Shown here piece after piece: positions 31,940 to 42,301 of a DNA stretch of 64,000 nt (positions within the stretch are counted from its first letter, which is position 1; every line of letters begins with the position of its first letter). This DNA is from a virus (taxonomy: Duplodnaviria; Caudoviricetes), in the IMG/VR virus record IMGVR_UViG_3300028628_000004, one strand, 5' to 3'. The position numbers and the translations under genes were made by a program. Below the pieces are notes generated by a model that was given only the letters and a program-made list of their open reading frames with translations, searched no databases and was not told the DNA's origin.

Positions 31940-34900
31940 TTAGATGGATGTGATACCATCTGATGACTTGTGGTTGTTGTTTGATTCAAGCTTGTACGGA
32001 TACTTACTTGTTATCTTATTTATTTCCATGTATGCTGGTTTTATCTTTCTTACTTCGGATTTTATGAACTCGTTAATAGCTTCGGTGTTATCAGTACCAT
32101 AAGTAGAATCGTCCCATTCTACATTAAATTTATTACTCTTGTACATCGTCGTGACACCGAATGGAGTGTGTTTGGTTATTTCTACCATGGATCTATTTCC
32201 ATTTTCCTCTTCGGTGTACACAAAAGACTCTCCGCTGCTGAAGATCTTTTGAAGTATGTGCCTTCTCTGGTTTATTATTTGAATAGAATCCATCAACCAT
32301 ACTGATATGAATTTATCAAATACATTTACTAGTTTATTATCCGATACAATGCTCATATCTGAATAATACATAGTTATTCTCTGACCTGACCACTGTGAGA
32401 GCCTGACCCATATTGTTAGTGTGTCTTTATCTACATTAAATGTATCAGCATACCATTCTATTTCCGTGTTTGTTCCCTCTAAAGTAAAAGCAAAGGTTTT
32501 ATTGTTTATGTCTATCTTAGAAAAATCAAATACAGATCTTCTTACTTCTTTATTATATGTGTTAGAAATGTTATAGCCAGTTCCTTGGAGGACTATGGGG
32601 AATAATATATCTTCGTTAATATTATAGTTTAGATTATTAATGAGGATATTTCTCTTATAGGCAAAATTAGAATACTTTGATGTGCTAATATTAGAAAACT
32701 CATTTTCTAATTCTGCCCAGGCGATATTTGAATGAATTCTATATACAGCCTCCGCATACATTTCGGCTTCATTGGGGGAGATATAATCCCTAACTTCCCA
32801 GTATGTTAACGACCCACTGAAAGAATTCAAAGGATTGTGTGTGACAACATAAGTGTCGGAAGTGTCTTTAGTATATGATATGCCATTAACTAGCTCTCTG
32901 CCATTGACATGTATGGAGTACTGCAAGGTATATTTTTTCGCACACCCAAAATCCAATTTTCGGAAGGTATTAACTGTAATTACATTAACAGTTTTAGTGC
33001 TAAGGTTATTCGTTGTAAACTCAAATGTAATTTTTTCTCCTGCCTCGTCGTTTATTGTTATATTCCACTTTTTTGAATTGAAGTTGTACTTAGCGTTAAC
33101 AGCGTCTTGTTGCATGTTTCCGTTGCAATGAATTCTAAATATTTCAACAAATGTGTCGAGATAATCAGTTTCATCGACTTCACAACCTGCGGGTGTGGTT
33201 AGGGATTTAGCGGAATCGTATATATTTTGCATCGTAATATGTTGATGTAACTGATTAAGTTCATCAAAATAACATGTGGATGCTGAAGTTCCAGTAGTCT
33301 CTACTGTTTCTATGCCTGTCGTTGATGGGGTTGAAGAAACACTGTCAGAATTAACGAAAAACCCCCAACTCGTGGAAAACTGATCTAAATCTTCGCTGAT
33401 GTCGTATGTAACTTTTGAGTATCCATGATTGAATATTTTTTGAGTTGGTGGACCCATATTGATTGTTTCAACACTATTGTCTAAGGTGATTATTTCTCTC
33501 GAAAAATCAAATTTATTTTCATTTGCTAACAGAGGATCAAAAGTTAAATAATTCCTGCTTGTGCATCTGTTCTTTATAACATGAACAGTACTATTGTTTA
33601 CTTTTGGTATGTCACAATCTTGGGGGTTTATATCATTCTTATTAATGTCACCTTCCCACAAATATATCATCTTTGAAACATTGTTGACTATTCGGCAATC
33701 TTCTGGTATATAGCCTATGAGAGTAAACAAGTCGTCTTGCTGTGTTGCTGTGTTGATATAGAAACGATCACGAATAAGAATATCTTGTTGGTCTGGAAGA
33801 TGAACTATTTTTGTGTTAGATATTCCTGAACTGATAAGAGAAAAGAAGTTACTGTTGATAAAGTCAAGGTCTAGATGTAAAACGTATGATGCCCAATAGT
33901 AGTTTTTATATCCGTATTTTTCTATATCGTCGGCGCTTGTATCAGTTAAAAACTTATTATAAAATATATAGAAGTTGTTATTGTTTGGTTTTTGTGAACT
34001 AAAAACATCTGTCATGAAGTTAGTTCCGATGAGCGAATCATAGTTTAGTGTATTGTCGGGATATTCATTTACGGCTGATGGTGGATTTGATGTAATTCCT
34101 ACGATACTAGAATCCGTTCCCGATACAGCATCGCTGTAGCAAACCGAAAAATTGGACAATACATTATCTGGCGCAGCCGTTATATTTGGAAGAATGCTTG
34201 ATATATCAATGTCAATATACTTGTTATTTGTTATTACTTTATCACGCTGAACTACAAGTAATTTAAATTTATTTTCTGAAAAGTAAAATATATTTGTTAA
34301 ATTATTATGTTCTATAACCTTATATATATTTTCGATTTGAAACTCTTGTGGTAAACTCTGTTCAAATTCTATCTCTTTATTGTTTTCCGATATTGTAGCG
34401 GTGAATAATCTAGCTAAAGACATTCTTCCTGACGTTCTACTAATAGGAATGGTTAGATCCTTTATAGTGAGGAAATAATCATAGTTGGTGTATATTTGTA
34501 AAGCCGGATCTTGAATGAAATCTATCTTTATCCATACTTTAAGATACTGACCCGGTGTTAGGAGAGTATTTGATGTTAGAGTGTCGGTCCATGTAGCATC
34601 GCTCAATAAGTTTGTGGAGTCTTCTTCATCATATAGAACTAGAGTGGACGTTGAAGTGAAGGCAGTATATATTCCTTCAGCAAATAGACTTACAGATACA
34701 GTTCCATTTACAGCGGGTAATCCGTTGTGGGAAATTGATGCTGAAATGTTTCCTAATATTTCGTTTTCGTTATATCTTTCGTCTGCGCCAATATACATGC
34801 AGCGGTATATTGTTATGCCATTTAAGAAATTATAGTCAGTTATGTCTTTGTAAAACCATCTTGATGATGAATTTAAGTTTCCATAGGCATAAGAGTAATA

Positions 34901-35038
34901 GTTCCCGCTATTGTTTGTATCGTTAGTTTTTATCTTTGGTATTGCCGATCCACCAATAGACTCACCGTACCAAATAGCATCAGACGTAATGCCGACTTTA
35001 TCAATGTTTCCTTCGGACGGTAAATAGGCAATAGCCAT
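31940..35038 (-). CDS. structural protein with DUF2341-like domain
   Basis: FDFSKI...IEWY....TIWVRL...ITMYY pattern; TATAAATA and GGAG upstream. Confidence 0.6.
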   Translation of the reverse strand: MAIAYLPSEGNIDKVGITSDAIWYGESIGGSAIPKIKTNDTNNSGNYYSYAYGNLNSSSRWFYKDITDYNFLNGITIYRCMYIGADERYNENEILGNISASISHNGLPAVNGTVSVSLFAEGIYTAFTSTSTLVLYDEEDSTNLLSDATWTDTLTSNTLLTPGQYLKVWIKIDFIQDPALQIYTNYDYFLTIKDLTIPISRTSGRMSLARLFTATISENNKEIEFEQSLPQEFQIENIYKVIEHNNLTNIFYFSENKFKLLVVQRDKVITNNKYIDIDISSILPNITAAPDNVLSNFSVCYSDAVSGTDSSIVGITSNPPSAVNEYPDNTLNYDSLIGTNFMTDVFSSQKPNNNNFYIFYNKFLTDTSADDIEKYGYKNYYWASYVLHLDLDFINSNFFSLISSGISNTKIVHLPDQQDILIRDRFYINTATQQDDLFTLIGYIPEDCRIVNNVSKMIYLWEGDINKNDINPQDCDIPKVNNSTVHVIKNRCTSRNYLTFDPLLANENKFDFSREIITLDNSVETINMGPPTQKIFNHGYSKVTYDISEDLDQFSTSWGFFVNSDSVSSTPSTTGIETVETTGTSASTCYFDELNQLHQHITMQNIYDSAKSLTTPAGCEVDETDYLDTFVEIFRIHCNGNMQQDAVNAKYNFNSKKWNITINDEAGEKITFEFTTNNLSTKTVNVITVNTFRKLDFGCAKKYTLQYSIHVNGRELVNGISYTKDTSDTYVVTHNPLNSFSGSLTYWEVRDYISPNEAEMYAEAVYRIHSNIAWAELENEFSNISTSKYSNFAYKRNILINNLNYNINEDILFPIVLQGTGYNISNTYNKEVRRSVFDFSKIDINNKTFAFTLEGTNTEIEWYADTFNVDKDTLTIWVRLSQWSGQRITMYYSDMSIVSDNKLVNVFDKFISVWLMDSIQIINQRRHILQKIFSSGESFVYTEEENGNRSMVEITKHTPFGVTTMYKSNKFNVEWDDSTYGTDNTEAINEFIKSEVRKIKPAYMEINKITSKYPYKLESNNNHKSSDGITSI

Positions 35039-35126
35039 TATGACTCCATATAATGTTGATTATACTATATTTATACTTTTTATCATTTAACAGTAATGGA
35101 AATGATAAATTGGAATGACTGACACA

Positions 35127-35348
35127 TTATTCGGGATATTGTGGAATAGAACTATCATCTCCTAGTGCAACCCCAAACTCCAAAAGTCGAGACTCCCATT
35201 CGACTTTATTGGTAAAAATCTCTAAGTTGGGTTGACCAGTTGATAATGTTTCTTTCTCGTTGGCTACACCATAATGAAATATATCGTTATTATTGTGTGC
35301 TATCCAGAATAAAGCATCTGCGGTGAAAATATGATTTTTTATACTCAT
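35127..35348 (-). CDS. small tail-associated protein
   Basis: ATGA overlap with stop of 35345 gene. Confidence 0.6.
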   Translation of the reverse strand: MSIKNHIFTADALFWIAHNNNDIFHYGVANEKETLSTGQPNLEIFTNKVEWESRLLEFGVALGDDSSIPQYPE

Positions 35349-38300
35349 GGCGCAAGTCCCCCGTCTACTATTGTCCATCCCTTAGTTCCTGTCAAATACG
35401 ATCTAGCCGATGCTGCTGCTGCGCTATATTTTGATGCGGATTTTAATGGTACATTTGATTGGATGCCAGCGGGAGTTAATCCTTGGGCAGCAAAAGATAT
35501 TAAAGTTGCATCATAATTGTCTTGATTGGCTGAGCTATTGGGGTCATTAATATCTACTCCATTTAAAAAGTCACCCATGTGAGTTACATTTGGTATCTGC
35601 CACGCTGAGAAATCGTGTTTAAGGGCAACACATCCCTCAAATGTACCCTGAAAGCTTCTTGCTTTACTAACATCCCACCCAGTCATATCAGCATTAAATG
35701 CATAGTTCGATGTCCCTAGCATGCGGAACATACCTTGCATACCGACGCTTGGGTTAGTGCCTATCTGACTCATATTCCAAGTAAATGGAGCCTTCACTCC
35801 GGGTGGATATCCGTTATTAAACTTTACTGCGTTGCCAAAACAATACGCACATACTTTTAAGAGAGATGTATCCCATCCATTGAGATTTTGGTTGAAGTCG
35901 CTACAACCATAGAACATGTTAAATGGATTCCAAATTTTTGGTGTATTCCACTTTCCTATTGGTTGATTGAATTTTCCGCAACTCCGAAACATAAATGCCG
36001 TTGATCCCATCTTAGTGGTGTCCCAATTACTTATGTCAGCATTGAATATCGAACACCCTTCAAAAAAAAATCTAAAATCGTTTATGTTTCCAGTGGTGGT
36101 CCAGTTTCGTAGCCCATTTCCAATCATTTTTGAGCATGAGCGGAAGAACGATGTACCGTTAGTTATCTCAGAAAGATTTGGTTGATCTTCAGCCGTAAGA
36201 ATAAGATTATTACAACCATAAAAAACACCACTTGCATTTCCCGACTTCCACGGACCCCATTGTAAAATATCAATCAACTTTCTTCTGTCTCCACCGTTGT
36301 TAAATCTCCAACCATCAATAAGTCCAGTTATCGTAACTATATAAACGCCCGGATAAGCATAGGTATGGGTTTTTGCCGATGAGTTCCATTCTGTTATACG
36401 CTCAGATGTACCATCTCCCCAATCTACAGTAAACGAGTATTTTCCAGAGACGAGCGCAGGAACAGATTCGGTCTGTGGTGCCAAAGGCTCGCCAGCATAA
36501 GAATCAATATATGTACCAATTAAAGGTAATGTTATTTGATTTGATGCCGAAGATCCTGGCTGTGTGGTGTCCCAAACAGTAACAAATTCTGGATAATGCT
36601 CGCCAAACTCAACATGTATTCTATTTTCACCTTCCCATACATTTTTTATCTTTCTACTTGTATGCTCAAGGTATCTGTATATATGGTCATTATTGAATGT
36701 TAAGTCTCTAACATAAACAGAGTTATAAGACGTTAGATTTTCATTGCATACTAACATATTTGCAACTTCGTCTTCTACTGTCTTAATAATAACTTTATCT
36801 TCTATGACTATTATCTTATCGACAACAGCATTGTATTTGGCGACAGGACCGCCAACTGTTCTAAAGAATAAGCTATTACCTATCAATACAAGAATATTTC
36901 CATTATTTGTTTTCTTAACACTTCTAACTTCACCGTTCTCCCCATATACTCTTGAAATTTCTTCAAGTATATCAGTAAGATCCTTTGATTGAGTTGTGTC
37001 ACCAAATACAACTTCTCCTTGAATTGTAGAAGTATACTTGGCATTTCCAACATATGTCAACTCGTTATTAAAGAGCATTCCTGTCATTGTTCCTGTTGCT
37101 CTAAAATTCTTTACAAGATCCTCATTGAAGTTTTCTGCGACAAATGAAGCGTTCGTTTTCCCACCAAGAGTACTTGGGTAGGTGATGTCCATCTTCGAAA
37201 GACCAGTCACGAGATAAACAAGTTCTTCAAAGTCACCGTCCAAGTATCTATTGGAATCGGTTTGGGATATTGGATTGGTGAAATAATTTATAACCAATCT
37301 CTCAGGATCGTCTTTCTCGTTAAAAGTTACACGAATATACTCTGACCCGACAATTGTCTTCAATGTGTACCAAGTTCCCAGTTTTATATTTTTGGTGTCA
37401 TAGTCCCCAAATCCTGCTAGGAATGACTTGTCCATTTTTCCAGTTTCAACATTATATCTTGCAATTCCAAGTCCTATATCAAACCCATATACTCCAACAC
37501 CAACAAAGTAATATCCACCCAAAACTACCTTGTTTGTTATTGGGTCGTATATAGTATATGCTTTAACTATATGTTCAAATTTCTTACCAATGAAGTTTTT
37601 GTTCTTTCCTATTTCCTCATCGAAAATAAAATCAGTAGTAAAATCAAATATTGAATTGTTGTCATCAATAATGTATAGCTTATTGACATTTGGCTTCTCG
37701 GTTTTCGTTACATCTATTTCGTTATTGTTCTTAGTGACCTTACCAGTTTTCTTGTAGTCGAGGAAAAGAGAAGTATTGCTATTAATTGACTTAAAGCTAT
37801 TTTTTCCCTTGAAGTTAATTATGTCGTATGTCAAGTCATTTGATTCAAATACCAGAGAGCTACTTGGTTTTCTTAGCGATGCGGTGAATACTGTGTCGTC
37901 TACCGACTCAAATGGCAGCCACTTTAATCTCTCTATATCAGGATTAAAATTATCTTCTTTGACTCTCTTTTGGTTTTCGGCAAAGAATATATCGTAGAAG
38001 AAACTTCCACGAAGCTCTGCTCCAGCAAATATGCTACTATTCTCTGTTTTTGGAATAGTAATTGAAGTGTCCGAAGTCATTGTGTAAGATTCGTTACTAA
38101 TTCTAAAATTATTTAGGGTTATTTTATCAATGCTCTTTACCCAGTTTCTTAGTAAGTTTACATTTTCTGGAATTTCAAAGACACTAGATGAATTTGACTT
38201 TACAAATACTCTTGAGTCATCAAGAACTCTCCAGTCCATCGAATCTTCGTCAGCTATATTACTTGTGACGGTTATATTAGCTCCCGAATTTATAGTCAAT

Positions 38301-41300
38301 CCATCAAGAGTCACTAATTTATTAAAAAGCTTATATTTCGATGTAGGAACTTTTTCGGCAATAAACTCAATATCCATATTAGAAGCGAAAAGCGTGTTCC
38401 AATCTTCTATGTTCCATCCCTTTGTGGCAATTATAATTTGACCAGCAGAATCGGCATAGACATTATTTGGGTCGCTTGCCTGATTTATTAAATATGTCAT
38501 TAATCCATATGGGGTGAATGTTATAGACGCATCTCCAGTGCTTCCATTTATATAGTTAGCCCATTCTAATTCTTTGTTGTTTTTGACCTCATTTGAAGGA
38601 TACCATGAAATAGGAATATAAAATGTGTGGCATGACTTTACGGGGGATTGTTTATAATCATATGCTGGCGGAGAAGTTTCGTTTATTTTTACTTTATTAG
38701 CTTCCGATTCTGTCAATGCATTATCTGGGTTGCTAGTGATGAACGCATCATCGAAATTGAACCCCGAATAATCAAGTCTTACGTTTACTTTAGCATAATA
38801 CATCGTATCTAAAGACACATCACCGTCTAATAATGTAAACTTTAGAGCCGCTGGTTTACTTCCTTCCGAAAGCTTTATATTATAAAAATATTTTTCTATG
38901 GTCGAAAGAGCATTATGGTTTATATTTGATAGAATATCTTTCTGAATCTCTACTGGGTTTTTTGAGACGTCGCGTTTCATCCACACTTGATTTGGTGCCC
39001 ACCAAGAGAAATCTGCATCGTAGTCCAAAGTCGAGTTATTTGTGCAGTCGTTTGTATTTCTGCATGCTTCGGCTACTCCATTTAACAATTTCCTTGAGTT
39101 TGAATCAAGAACATATATGTTGGAAGATCCTGGGTGTGGATATACAGATGCCGCAAGTTTTATGTTGGTACTAAAGTGATATTTGCATAGCAAATCAAGT
39201 CTTGGGTTCTCGTAAGGATTTAAGCAATTATCAGGTAATTTTACTGTCTTTGCTTCCGAGTTAAAAATAACAGATGGGTTTCTTACATATATGCCCAAAA
39301 TACTTATTTTACACATGCCCTGATTGATGGCATCATGTAAGAAGGTAGTAGACAATCCATAGGTTCTACGAGTAGAATCAAGGACTCCAATTGGGAGAAA
39401 TATCTTTACTATATAAGAATTATTACTTCCTTCAGTTAAAGTTGTGTCATCTGGTCTAAACTTGAAGTATGCCTTATCCATCTCCAGAGAATAATGTCCC
39501 CACAAAAGAACGGGTATTTGTCCATCTAATGAATTAACGTCTATTAGCCTCTGAATGTCGTCACAATTCTTAAATCTTACTCCGGTGACTCTCTTCGAAC
39601 TTCCATTATAAACAATTGGACTGAATACTGGATTTTCCCACTTGGTATTATACTTAATAGTCCTTGCTCCGGTTATAGAAGTGAAAATTCCGGAGTCTGG
39701 GCAGACCTCTTGAAATACTCCACGGAGAGGAATTTCAAAGTTTGACAGCATGTATTGCTGCATTCTGTCGCTAAGCGTGAAAGTGAGCGAGGTATCATTT
39801 TCTCTGGTAAGCGAGGAAAATGCATCGTCTGGTTCGGTTTCGTAGTTGTCGAGTGGAACTGACTCGTTGTAGGCGAAAAGACCCGGTATGCGGATCACAT
39901 CTGATCCTGTTGTTGGTGTTGTCTCAACATCAGAAGACCCATAATAGTTCTTGAAAATACTCTTGTCAGTTGCGCGAATATCAGCTAAGAACCAATTTCT
40001 CTGATTTCCAAATGGAATAATAATTTTGCGAGATACTTCGGCAGAGTCCTTAAATCTACTCAACCATTCACTGTCGAAATTAACGATATACCTTGTAGCA
40101 ATATCTTCAGTTACCTTTATATTATTCATATATAAGAAGTTAAGAGATGCGGATCCACCTTCTTCTATGGTATATGTTTCAACTTCTGGATCATACGACT
40201 GACTTATCTGTTTTGTAAATGTTTCGTGATTGTTTATATCGTTATTAAATCTTAAATTAGTTGCTTTAATCCATTCCAGATACTTTGGTTTTATGTCAAG
40301 TTCTTTTTCAGCCGTAGTCCAAAGAGTTTCATCTGGATCAAGAATATTCACCGCTACATCTTTCAATTCCATTATACCATTCTTGCATCCTACGCCATAG
40401 TTACCACCCGTTTCTATTTCGGTGTATTGAATAGTAACTGCTTGGTTTCCCTCTTCATCAACAGTCTGAATCTTGACTGAATCCTTTTGTAATGATACGC
40501 CTTCAAATAATGTTATCCATTCGCCGCAGGCTTGTTGACCGTAAACAGATCCACCCGTTTCATTATTGACGTTATTGGATATTCTTGTTTCCATGTCGTT
40601 GAGGCGAACATATGCTGATACTAAACTACCAGATACTTGTAACTTAAATTCATAATAAGAGTCATCATTAAAGACATATGCTTCGCAGTTATTAACGACT
40701 GGCTTATTGTAGAGTGGCGAATCAGCAGTCCCAAGATTTATTTTTTGTATTATTGCTGTTTCATCAGAAGGATTCTTGACAACTCTTGACAATGACACCC
40801 ACGAATTTCTTGTGTTGATACTAAATCTATAGTATTCTCCAATATTTGCATAAAAATCACTGGAATTTTTTATACCCCTGAAAATAAAGAAAATTTCATT
40901 TTCAGAATATCTGAAGCTTTCTATGGTGTTTGGGTCGTTTATCTTTTTGAATGACCATACAACATTGGCATCAAAGTTCTTAACACTACGATTTGTGTTT
41001 GCTATTACAGATGATATAGTATTTTCTTCAGATAAAGCATATGACAGAGTTATTTTATCTCCATAATCTATCACATCTGGAGATACCTGTAGTATTCCGA
41101 GATTGGATGGGTCTTGCCTTACAGGAATATTCTCATCAAGTGTATATACAAATGGTTCTTGTTGATATGATTCTTCTTCAATTAGTAAGTTTCCATTATT
41201 GTTTCTTACATCGGTAACATATACGGGTTTCTTTTCAATTTCAAACTCGTACCAACCTTCTGTGCTACCGGACATAGTAACAGTAGCTACTTGATCAACA

Positions 41301-42301
41301 TCAAATTCGACCTTTTCTATTTGGTGATAGTTGTCTATTATTATAGAGTTTAGTGTTTTCTTTATCATTCCATTATCATTGGAGTTACCAACAACACGAA
41401 TGTCGTTCCACTTAAACCCGTGTTTGTTGTTCTCCACATCATAGTCAAGGAATAGTTCGTCAATAAGACCAACTGGAGTCTGTCCCCAATTCTTGGTCCA
41501 AAGCTCTATTGCCTTTCCATCTATACTGAAGAAACTTAAGAAAGAACTGATATCTTGATTAGTTCCTTTTTTACGAAATAACTCAGAGCTATGAATGAGG
41601 AATCTTCTAAAATAATTGATTTCCTTATCGGTTGCCTTATTTCTTGAAATTCTATCGTATATATCATATTCTTCGAAATTTCCAGATTCTTCTTCATTTT
41701 TATATCCCACTTTGGACGAATATAGTGAATCATGTCCAAGAGTTAGTGCTAGATATTCGAAGTAAAGAGGATTTATTTCATTAGCATCCCATAAGCTATA
41801 TAATGATTTGGTATCTTTGTAAATTCTTTCGAATAACTTTGCGGCTGATTTGTAAAAATCATCCGTTGCAACATTTTGCGTGTATGACCATGTTGGATTA
41901 AAATCATAGAAAAGCTTAAGAAACTTAGACTGAACGGTAACATCAATATATCCGCGAGTTTTAAAGTAGAAAACTCTCCCGTCTATGGTTAAAAATGGCT
42001 CTGACCATATCGTTAAGTAAACTTGGAATATTCCGCTATCAGAAAATTTGTAGCTAAGCGAATCATCCGAAAATGATTTTCCGTCACTTGTGTCCCATTG
42101 TATTTTGGATATTGATGTTACTATATAGTCTTCTGGGTTTATTTCGCTTTTTTCAACGTTTCCGTCTATTTCGAAATCAGATGGCAAAGACCCAACCGTA
42201 GAATTATTCGATACTATGAATAATTCGTTTGCATATATAAGAAGATTATGTGATATCTCTGGTATTGCTTTAAATGTTGCCATATTATTCTTCTCTTTCA
42301 A
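35345..42301 (-). CDS. large baseplate wedge/tail protein with C-terminal PKD-like + DUF285 (BspA-like) repeats
   Basis: N-terminal YLALTLG...FRKKGT wedge motif; VDWGDG..HTY..PG.Y; FN..I..W.T....MF repeats. Confidence 0.75.
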   Translation of the reverse strand: MKEKNNMATFKAIPEISHNLLIYANELFIVSNNSTVGSLPSDFEIDGNVEKSEINPEDYIVTSISKIQWDTSDGKSFSDDSLSYKFSDSGIFQVYLTIWSEPFLTIDGRVFYFKTRGYIDVTVQSKFLKLFYDFNPTWSYTQNVATDDFYKSAAKLFERIYKDTKSLYSLWDANEINPLYFEYLALTLGHDSLYSSKVGYKNEEESGNFEEYDIYDRISRNKATDKEINYFRRFLIHSSELFRKKGTNQDISSFLSFFSIDGKAIELWTKNWGQTPVGLIDELFLDYDVENNKHGFKWNDIRVVGNSNDNGMIKKTLNSIIIDNYHQIEKVEFDVDQVATVTMSGSTEGWYEFEIEKKPVYVTDVRNNNGNLLIEEESYQQEPFVYTLDENIPVRQDPSNLGILQVSPDVIDYGDKITLSYALSEENTISSVIANTNRSVKNFDANVVWSFKKINDPNTIESFRYSENEIFFIFRGIKNSSDFYANIGEYYRFSINTRNSWVSLSRVVKNPSDETAIIQKINLGTADSPLYNKPVVNNCEAYVFNDDSYYEFKLQVSGSLVSAYVRLNDMETRISNNVNNETGGSVYGQQACGEWITLFEGVSLQKDSVKIQTVDEEGNQAVTIQYTEIETGGNYGVGCKNGIMELKDVAVNILDPDETLWTTAEKELDIKPKYLEWIKATNLRFNNDINNHETFTKQISQSYDPEVETYTIEEGGSASLNFLYMNNIKVTEDIATRYIVNFDSEWLSRFKDSAEVSRKIIIPFGNQRNWFLADIRATDKSIFKNYYGSSDVETTPTTGSDVIRIPGLFAYNESVPLDNYETEPDDAFSSLTRENDTSLTFTLSDRMQQYMLSNFEIPLRGVFQEVCPDSGIFTSITGARTIKYNTKWENPVFSPIVYNGSSKRVTGVRFKNCDDIQRLIDVNSLDGQIPVLLWGHYSLEMDKAYFKFRPDDTTLTEGSNNSYIVKIFLPIGVLDSTRRTYGLSTTFLHDAINQGMCKISILGIYVRNPSVIFNSEAKTVKLPDNCLNPYENPRLDLLCKYHFSTNIKLAASVYPHPGSSNIYVLDSNSRKLLNGVAEACRNTNDCTNNSTLDYDADFSWWAPNQVWMKRDVSKNPVEIQKDILSNINHNALSTIEKYFYNIKLSEGSKPAALKFTLLDGDVSLDTMYYAKVNVRLDYSGFNFDDAFITSNPDNALTESEANKVKINETSPPAYDYKQSPVKSCHTFYIPISWYPSNEVKNNKELEWANYINGSTGDASITFTPYGLMTYLINQASDPNNVYADSAGQIIIATKGWNIEDWNTLFASNMDIEFIAEKVPTSKYKLFNKLVTLDGLTINSGANITVTSNIADEDSMDWRVLDDSRVFVKSNSSSVFEIPENVNLLRNWVKSIDKITLNNFRISNESYTMTSDTSITIPKTENSSIFAGAELRGSFFYDIFFAENQKRVKEDNFNPDIERLKWLPFESVDDTVFTASLRKPSSSLVFESNDLTYDIINFKGKNSFKSINSNTSLFLDYKKTGKVTKNNNEIDVTKTEKPNVNKLYIIDDNNSIFDFTTDFIFDEEIGKNKNFIGKKFEHIVKAYTIYDPITNKVVLGGYYFVGVGVYGFDIGLGIARYNVETGKMDKSFLAGFGDYDTKNIKLGTWYTLKTIVGSEYIRVTFNEKDDPERLVINYFTNPISQTDSNRYLDGDFEELVYLVTGLSKMDITYPSTLGGKTNASFVAENFNEDLVKNFRATGTMTGMLFNNELTYVGNAKYTSTIQGEVVFGDTTQSKDLTDILEEISRVYGENGEVRSVKKTNNGNILVLIGNSLFFRTVGGPVAKYNAVVDKIIVIEDKVIIKTVEDEVANMLVCNENLTSYNSVYVRDLTFNNDHIYRYLEHTSRKIKNVWEGENRIHVEFGEHYPEFVTVWDTTQPGSSASNQITLPLIGTYIDSYAGEPLAPQTESVPALVSGKYSFTVDWGDGTSERITEWNSSAKTHTYAYPGVYIVTITGLIDGWRFNNGGDRRKLIDILQWGPWKSGNASGVFYGCNNLILTAEDQPNLSEITNGTSFFRSCSKMIGNGLRNWTTTGNINDFRFFFEGCSIFNADISNWDTTKMGSTAFMFRSCGKFNQPIGKWNTPKIWNPFNMFYGCSDFNQNLNGWDTSLLKVCAYCFGNAVKFNNGYPPGVKAPFTWNMSQIGTNPSVGMQGMFRMLGTSNYAFNADMTGWDVSKARSFQGTFEGCVALKHDFSAWQIPNVTHMGDFLNGVDINDPNSSANQDNYDATLISFAAQGLTPAGIQSNVPLKSASKYSAAAASARSYLTGTKGWTIVDGGLAP

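Noticed and set aside
35345-36200. Diversity-generating retroelement target
   Set aside because: No reverse transcriptase and no TR/VR near-duplicate seen in the window
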